Shown here one piece after another: positions 57,893 to 64,000 of a stretch of 64,000 nt of DNA; the stretch's first letter is position 1; every line of letters starts with the position of its first letter. A program made the translations under genes and the position numbers. The notes under the pieces are model-generated. The model ran no database searches, was not told the DNA's origin, and saw only the letters and a program-made list of their open reading frames with translations. Source of the DNA: a virus; the IMG/VR virus record IMGVR_UViG_3300045988_141753; one strand, 5' to 3'.

Positions 57893-57921
57893 AGTATACC
57901 CATTTTGGGAACTAATGTCAA
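57893..57921 (-). promoter_or_regulatory. Consensus promoter of the MazF-like cassette
   Basis: On the minus strand: TTGACA (57921-57916), 17 nt, then TATACT (57898-57893). Confidence 0.65.
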
Positions 57922-58461
57922 GCCATATATTGGTTGCATTAACAAACATTGTGTGAATATAAATGTAAAATTTTTATTAACGAACAAATTTAGTGTTGAC
58001 ATACGCAAATGAATAGTGTATAATAAATCACTATGCAAAATGATTAATAACAGTTTTATCCCACCCTTACTGTTAAAGGGCAAAACTAAATAAATGAGGG
58101 ATAATTCATTTTGGAAACGCTATAGGTGTTACCTATAGTTGGAGTACACCTTTATCTTGCCACAAGATAGTTACCGTCTACTCTCTGAACCTAGTCCGTA
58201 TCTCCCGATAGGGGTTGGCTGCTGACCTGACATTTTTAACAACACTTAGCACCTATTGTAATAGTATAATAGGCTTTTATCTCAGCATATGTTATCTTTG
58301 CTATTGTTTCCGAGTTTCCTCACTCTTGTAATACCATTGCTACAAGTAGTTGCAAAGCTTTAGCCGTTCCCAGCAATTTGGCAACCTTATTTTAAAACGT
58401 GTGTGACCTATGCACATATAGTTTGTGGCTGTGCATAAGTTGGCATCTTTAATAATTGTTT

Positions 58462-58782
58462 ACCTACGTTTTTGAATGATAATCCTGCCATAACGGTAGG
58501 AATAAGTGTTTCTAAAACACCGAATTTACTAATTAGATTATCAAGAACATCAATAATTTGTGTTCCACTGGTGATACCGAATTTAACTAAATCACCATTA
58601 ATCAGAGTAGCTGACAAATTTTCAATACTTGTCTGAAAACCTTGCACTCTTCCTTGAATAGAGTCAAGGTATTTTTCATACTCTGACATAGCAGACCCAG
58701 CAGAGCCTATTGAGTCATTAACAATTTTATCCGCTTGACTCATATTCGTAAGCAATGCAGTAATTGTATTGCCTCTTTGCTT
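58462..58782 (-). CDS. Tape measure protein, exon 3
   Basis: Starts KQRGNTITALLTNMSQ... with no ATG or RBS and continues the TMP core. The 3' end is placed after ...AGLSFKNVG by analogy. The frame stops 17 codons later. Confidence 0.65.
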
Positions 58783-59252
58783 CAATTATATTAAAGTAAG
58801 TCGCAAATTTACTTATATGTTATATAACATATCCTATGCTTTCACATAGAGCTTAGACTATTTCTTAATCACGTCATTTATGACAGCAATTATACCTTTT
58901 CCGTTTAAGGGTTATTCTCCCACTCCATTTGCGATTGAGCCGTACTTCTTTTGTTGCAACTATTCAGGATTTCCACCTTTATTTTATTGTTACAACCCCA
59001 TATGGGGAATAGTCGTTGAACTTTTACCCTCGACTTAAACTGTCCTATGATCTAGGATAACGTTAGGGTACTTAGCTGCATGAACAGAGATTGTTACTGT
59101 ACTTAGGCTTTTGACCTTATACAATCCTTACGTTATTTCTGCTTTCGCACCGTCATAATGTAATTTCTTCATTATTGTGGTGTAAGGCTTTACTCATTAC
59201 CTGCAATTAAATATATTCTTTATGCACATTTCTGTACATTCAGGTAAACTCT
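58783..59252 (-). mobile_element. Group I intron B in the TMP gene (ORF-less)
   Basis: The exon ends GCAGGT, and ACCTG 8 nt into the intron can form P1. AACGACTAT (59017-59009) pairs with ATAGTCT (58861-58855). The intron ends ...ATATAATTG. Phase 0 on both sides. Confidence 0.8.
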
Positions 59253-59522
59253 ACCTGCAATTTTCTCTATGACAGCGGCTTTTGATGTATCAGTAAGGTC
59301 GTTCCAAACATTGGCGATACCTTTCATAATTTCATAGGTACTCTTAAAGTTCTGAGAGTCCTTCATTATGTCAAAGCCACCTGTGCCATTTACATTAGTA
59401 AGAGCTTTAATATCTTCCCTCAGTTTTGAGGTTGATACTGCCATGCCCTCTGTTGACTCGCCTGCATCTTCTAGTTCTGTTTTCGCTCCACGAAGTCGCA
59501 TTGACAGAACTTTCAAACTGTT
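59253..59522 (-). CDS. Tape measure protein, exon 2
   Basis: NSLKVLSMRLRGAKTELEDAG...AAVIEKIAG is the conserved TP901-type TMP core segment. There is no ATG or RBS at the 5' end. Confidence 0.75.
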
Positions 59523-59823
59523 CAATCTGTTACTTTCCCAATTATATTGGTACTGACTACATTAAATATGTAGCGGTTAGTCATTTCTGGCTAACTCTCG
59601 TATTTCTTTTTTTATAGGATTATAATACGATGCTCGGACTATATATTACGCCCTGTAATAAGGACGGATAACTTCAATACATATGTTGCCATATATATCC
59701 TGTAGTCTCTACGGTTACTCAAAAAAAATTGAGTCTTACCTCGGTCTTAACTATCCTTTAGCCTTTGACCGATATAGTTATCTGCATACTATATATTATT
59801 ATATAGTCGGGCAATTTGCGTTT
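59523..59823 (-). mobile_element. Group I intron A in the TMP gene (ORF-less)
   Basis: The exon ends GCGGGT, and GCCCG 12 nt into the intron can form P1 (CGGGU/GCCCG). GACTA...TAGTC pair present. The intron ends ...ACAGATTG. Phase 0 on both sides. Confidence 0.65.
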
Positions 59824-62289
59824 ACCCGCTTCGGCTGCGTCTCCAGTTATTTCTGTAATGGCTGTACCCATTGCTATTGCTTGGTCTAGTGTATTTCCTG
59901 CTACGCTCAGTGAAGATACTGACCTTGACAACATATCACCAATATCACTCGCTGAAACAGCATACTTGTTTGATATTGCGTTAAACTTATCAACAATATT
60001 AATAGACTCGTCAACTGTCATGTTATAGCTTTTCATAACTGTTGTTAGGTCTTGTACTGCTGTTGCATTATCTACTTCACCAACAACTGAATAAATACCT
60101 GAGTTTGTGGCAAGTGTTTCAGCTTCATCTAAACTATAACCACGTTTACCCCATTCTGCGGTTTGAGAAATAAGATCAGACAAATCAATCTTTAAATCTT
60201 TAGCCTTTTGACCTATATTATCAAAGAACTCGGCATATTGCTGATTTGTGTTATCAGTAACCTTACGCAAGTCTGTCATAGCTGTATCAATATCTACAAC
60301 ATTATTATAGAACTTAACAGCTTCTCTGGATATACCTGAAATCACAGTAGTTAAACTCATCCAGCTTGTGAATTTTAAAGCGTCCTCTTTAATCTTGTCA
60401 AAAAAGCTTAAACCATTCACACCTGCTGCCTGTGCCTCAGAACTCATTGTCCTAAAACTACGATTGATTTTATCAACATTGACTTTCAAATCGCTCGCAG
60501 TTAGATCGCTAGCATTAAGCAACTTTTTGAGTGAAGCTATCATATTATCAGTTTCAACCTGATATGTACCGCCATTAAAAGTATTCTTGCTCATGGCTTT
60601 AGTATTAGCCTGTTGCCATGTCTGAATTGTGTATATTAACTTTTTAATGTTCTGCCTTGTAGCTTCTATACTCTGTTGTGATTTGTTGCTAGAAAAACTA
60701 GCCTTATAGGCTACATCTGCCCTCTTTAACTCATTTGTTAGTTCATTGAGTTTAATACGATATTCGTCTAATGCTTTAGGATCGCCACCCACATTAGATA
60801 AACTTGTTTTTAACTCATTAAACTTTTCTTGAAACTCTCCGCTAAAAATAGGCGACTCTTTCCACTTTGTTTCTAAGGTGGTGAGATTTTGCGTAAGTCT
60901 AGCTACATTATTTTCTGTTTTAGTAGATGTAGCTGACGATTTATCAGCAGACTTAGCTTTTACAATAGCCTGTTCATATTCACCTGTTTTCTTGAGCAGA
61001 CGTATTTGTTCTTCATATTCCGAAGAAATTAATTTATGTTTTTCTAAATAGCTTTCGGCTGTAGATATTCTACCCTTTGCATTTTTTATTTGCCTATTTA
61101 TTTCAACAGTTTCCTCTTTGCCTGCTGAAATACGTTGCTTTTCTAACTTGTTAATTAGTGAAATATTTTCAATAATTTTATTGTATCTACTAGCTTGCTG
61201 TTGTGCCTCGGAATTATCAGATTTTTCAAGCAACTGTAAATTCTTTATTTCGGTTTCTGCTTTTTTAACCGAAACAACTAACTCACGATATTCCTCAGAC
61301 CATTTTTCATTTCGCCCAAATTGATTTTCGGTTTCATTGACCTTGTTTAATTGGGAATTTAAGTTACCAATTAATTCGGAAACCTCTGACGGTTGTTGTT
61401 TAAGTTTTGAAAAACTATTGGATATTTCCTGTATTGTTGCAGGCATTTTAGCCAAAGTGTTTTCGGCATTTGTAGTTTCATTAAAAGAACTTGTAAGAGA
61501 TTTTAAATTTTGTCTGATATTGCTTGCAGTAGTTTTTAATGAATTGAATAGCTTATCAACCTCTGCAATAGAGCCACCCTTGCCAAGATTGTCAATAGCA
61601 ACATTAACGGCATTAATTTCATTTCCTATACCCGATTCAATACCTTTATTCGCTGACTTAAATGCCGAAAGTTTAGCAGTATAATCCGACTTAGCCTTAT
61701 CAATATCCGCAATCAGCTTTAATATACCCTTTTCAGAACTGCTACCCGATAGATAGTCAAATGACCCATTTGTTTCGTTCAGAGCATATTTCAGTTTTTC
61801 GACTTGACCTGTCAAGCTTGTAACTTCTGCCGTAATTTGAGTAACTTCACCCGAACTATCTTTAGTCCATGAAAATGTCGGATTACCAAACTGACTCAAA
61901 ACTTTTCTTGCATTTTCAATAGTTTTAACAATATCTATCTGTCCGTCTTTATTAAAACCTGCCTTGAAAGTTTCTGCAAGAGTCGTGTCAATATTCTGTA
62001 TCTCATGCTTTATATTTTTAACAGAGCTAGTTACCTGTTTTTCAGCAGCCTTTATACTACTCTGAATAGAAGTTACATTTAAACCACCAATATCTATTTT
62101 TAGATTTTTGCTGATTGTAGCAAGTTGAGATTGAATTTTCTTTTGTGTTTTATTCAAATCCAACTCACCAATGATTTTAGCATGAGCTTTATTGTCATTT
62201 GCCAGTACGTTATTTAATTTAGGTATATCGTCCTTAACTTTACTTGTGTCAAGTTCCACAGGAACTCGTATTTTTAAATCATCTGCCAT
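59824..62289 (-). CDS. Tape measure protein, exon 1
   Basis: ATG 62289 follows GAGGTGAAG. Long coiled-coil N-part. It ends ...SVAGNTLDQAIAMGTAITEITGDAAEAG, the start of the TMP core. The unspliced frame stops 21 codons later. Confidence 0.8.
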
Positions 62290-62290
62290 T

Positions 62291-62761
62291 TCACTTCACC
62301 TCTATTCCTTGTCTTTTAAGTCCTTGCCTTAAAGCCATAACGTGATATTTATTATTACTTAAATCCTCTTTTGTGTTATACATAAACGGTCTAGCAACAC
62401 CATAATACGTCCAATCTCCAAAATCGTACCCCCAACCAGTTTCAATGATAGGTGCTAATTCTTGACCTGCATTATCTGACTTAATCATTTTCCCCTGTAC
62501 AAAAATATAAGGATTAGCCATTGTGTTGTTTTCAACAACTAAAGTGTCACCTTCAATAGAAGAATTAATATTATTAATATCCATTAAACCACCATTATCA
62601 TATCGTCTTACATATTCATGTGGTACATAACTATCGTAAACATCTCTTTCAATATGATCTAGCATAACAGTGGTAACAACCTCGGCAACATCTGTGAGCA
62701 GAGCGTAATCAATTCTTGCTCTTAGTTCTCGCTCTAGTTCTTTAAGGTTTTTTACAACCAT
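62291..62761 (-). CDS. hypothetical tail/neck protein (HK97 gp10-like?)
   Basis: Lies directly upstream of the TMP with tight coupling. The family assignment is only a weak impression. Confidence 0.4.
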   Translation of the reverse strand: MVVKNLKELERELRARIDYALLTDVAEVVTTVMLDHIERDVYDSYVPHEYVRRYDNGGLMDINNINSSIEGDTLVVENNTMANPYIFVQGKMIKSDNAGQELAPIIETGWGYDFGDWTYYGVARPFMYNTKEDLSNNKYHVMALRQGLKRQGIEVK

Positions 62762-63037
62762 TTATTCCTCACCACGCAACCACTTTACAACAAGCTTTAA
62801 ATCCTCGTCAGCTTGCTTCTGAGAAACTTTACTATGTGTTTCTATCGTAACTTTGTCACCATTTCTTAAACCAAGGCTACAAAGACCTATAATTGATTTA
62901 CCATTGACCGTTCTATCTGTTGTCAGATTAACCACAGAGGGGCGTACCTGTGTAAAATACACAAACCTATGAATATTCCTAGCATTAGGAACTATTCCAA
63001 GTGTTATTTCCTGTTCTGCAAAGAACATATTAGTCAC
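62762..63037 (-). CDS. HPr-fold protein lacking the His15 site, in the tail module
   Basis: [29 protein letters not shown] parallels HPr [39 protein letters not shown] replaces GIHARPATVLV. Confidence 0.55.
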   Translation of the reverse strand: [91 protein letters not shown]

Positions 63038-63512
63038 CGTCCTTATTGTTTGAAATTACAATTTTATTTGCCATGTCATTACTATCTTTAAGTGTTTTTA
63101 ACACTTCATTTAAGCTTTCAGTGTCAATATCTTTCGTAGTAACACTAATCTGTTCTATCATTTCTTTTGCCTTGTTTGCAAGCTCCGTTATAGCTATATT
63201 TGCCATGCTCATAACCTTTTCAGCCGCCTTGTATCTAACATTCATGTTAATACCACTGTCAATAGCTTTAGTAATTAGGCAATACTGATTTCTGTCAATC
63301 AACTCCCAAGCAATGTTATTATATTCCCTATCCAGCTCTCCACTATCATAAATCTCTGCAATATCATCTGATGAAAGTTTATGTTCTCCGTAAAGAGTGA
63401 CAACGTAATATTTATGCAAAATTTCTTCATATCCTGCTCCGTACTCAACTGTACCCTTGACTACATTATTTATAAATGCCTGCATTTCCGCAAAACTAAG
63501 CTTATTTTTCAT
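63030..63512 (-). CDS. hypothetical protein (tail assembly chaperone position)
   Basis: Overlapping starts and stops with both neighbours. Acidic. No motif recognised. Confidence 0.4.
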   Translation of the reverse strand: MKNKLSFAEMQAFINNVVKGTVEYGAGYEEILHKYYVVTLYGEHKLSSDDIAEIYDSGELDREYNNIAWELIDRNQYCLITKAIDSGINMNVRYKAAEKVMSMANIAITELANKAKEMIEQISVTTKDIDTESLNEVLKTLKDSNDMANKIVISNNKDGD

Positions 63513-63960
63513 TCAATTTTCCTCCCATTTTCTTGCGTTTCTTTTCTGCGTTTCTCAGTTTCTTACACTCATCATAATCAATCCACCCACCAAACTTTTT
63601 GACATAAGTAATCCACTTATATGTAATGTCTGGATAGCAATACCAAAACAATTTACGTTTAAGTATTGCCACTGAGTCTGGCATACCTTTTGTATCTATA
63701 ACTTCAGTGACACCATTTTTATAAGTAACCACGAAATCAGCGACATATTTAATTGGCAACACAGTTTTGCCATCGTGAATGAACTTCGGTTGCAGTTCAT
63801 ATGGTTTCTGTAACTCATACGAAATCACTTCACCGCTTTCCACTAAAGGACAAAGTACATCACGATAATATTTCATTTCTAACACTGAGTCAAAAATAAT
63901 ACCATTATAACTACGTTTTGATTTGTCTTTATCTACATTAAACTTGCTTCTATCTGCCAT
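63502..63960 (-). CDS. DUF1064-like (PD-(D/E)XK, RecU/resolvase-like) protein
   Basis: AAAGAGGTAG RBS. NGIIFDSVLEMKYY...YELQ...IKYVADFVV...VIDTKG matches the DUF1064 pattern. Confidence 0.5.
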   Translation of the reverse strand: MADRSKFNVDKDKSKRSYNGIIFDSVLEMKYYRDVLCPLVESGEVISYELQKPYELQPKFIHDGKTVLPIKYVADFVVTYKNGVTEVIDTKGMPDSVAILKRKLFWYCYPDITYKWITYVKKFGGWIDYDECKKLRNAEKKRKKMGGKLNEK

Positions 63961-64000
63961 TTCTACCTCTTTATAAAAAAAATAAGGGCGGTCAATACTT

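Larger units (their letters stand above)
56015..58461 (-). mobile_element. Composite intervening element in the TMP gene (intron-like 5' part + autonomous gene cassettes)
   Basis: It starts after ...FKNVG (GGT, like introns A and B). The first ~380 nt are non-coding, share ATGTGCATA with intron B, and contain ACGGACTAGG...GAGTAGACGG. The remainder holds a promoter, operators, 3 minus-strand genes, a terminator and 1 plus-strand gene. Boundaries are approximate. Confidence 0.4.

Noticed and set aside
57844-58083. Minus-strand 79-aa ORF upstream of the MazF-like cassette.
   Set aside because: It spans the promoter hexamers and the operator repeats, has no RBS, and has a hydrophobic low-complexity translation. 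The region is better explained as regulatory DNA.
58080-58461. Possible tRNA, tmRNA or group II intron in the structured non-coding stretch downstream of TMP exon 3.
   Set aside because: I could find no T-arm (GGTTCGAATCC-like) or acceptor-stem symmetry. There is no GUGYG 5' end or reverse-transcriptase ORF. The sequence resembles the 5' part of the neighbouring group I introns instead.

Overview
This window is a 64-kb segment of a low-GC tailed-phage or prophage genome, about one third G+C by eye. Its signals are Firmicutes-type: AGGAGG-like RBSs, TTGACA-17-TATAAT promoters and hairpin+T terminators.

Layout:
- 1-39.1 kb (+ strand) is the early/middle block. It holds a pentapeptide-like repeat protein, an SSB-like protein and an AAA_24/Sak4-like ATPase. 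The replication genes are a DnaB-like helicase, a DnaG-like primase, a RecJ-like DHH nuclease, a DnaE-type Pol III alpha and a RecD-like helicase. Next come a PAPS-reductase-like protein, four DNA methyltransferases, a GC-rich truncated terminase fragment and YopX. A nucleotide-metabolism cluster follows (ThyX-like, guanylate-kinase-like, NT5C-like, NrdD/NrdG, Dut). The block ends with a large serine recombinase and an HTH protein.
- 39.2-39.9 kb is a non-coding switch region with two tandem, promoter- and terminator-equipped sRNA-like genes.
- 39.9-64 kb (- strand) is the late block: a tape-measure protein (TMP), tail, baseplate and fibre genes, a holin and GH25 endolysin, and a PBSX-like XkdX patch.

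The dominant oddity is the intron load. I infer six td-like group I introns from reading-frame restoration plus conserved core motifs: one in the ATPase gene, two in dnaE separated by a 33-nt mini-exon, one in nrdD at the glycyl-radical motif, and two in the TMP gene.

The best candidate for an undescribed system is a third intervening element of about 2.4 kb in the TMP gene. It begins with intron-like sequence but carries its own consensus promoter, a phased operator array, a three-gene MazF/PemK-like cassette, its own terminator, and a convergent membrane-protein gene.

I recognised no tRNA, rRNA or CRISPR array. All functional calls rest on motifs read by eye. No database search was run.
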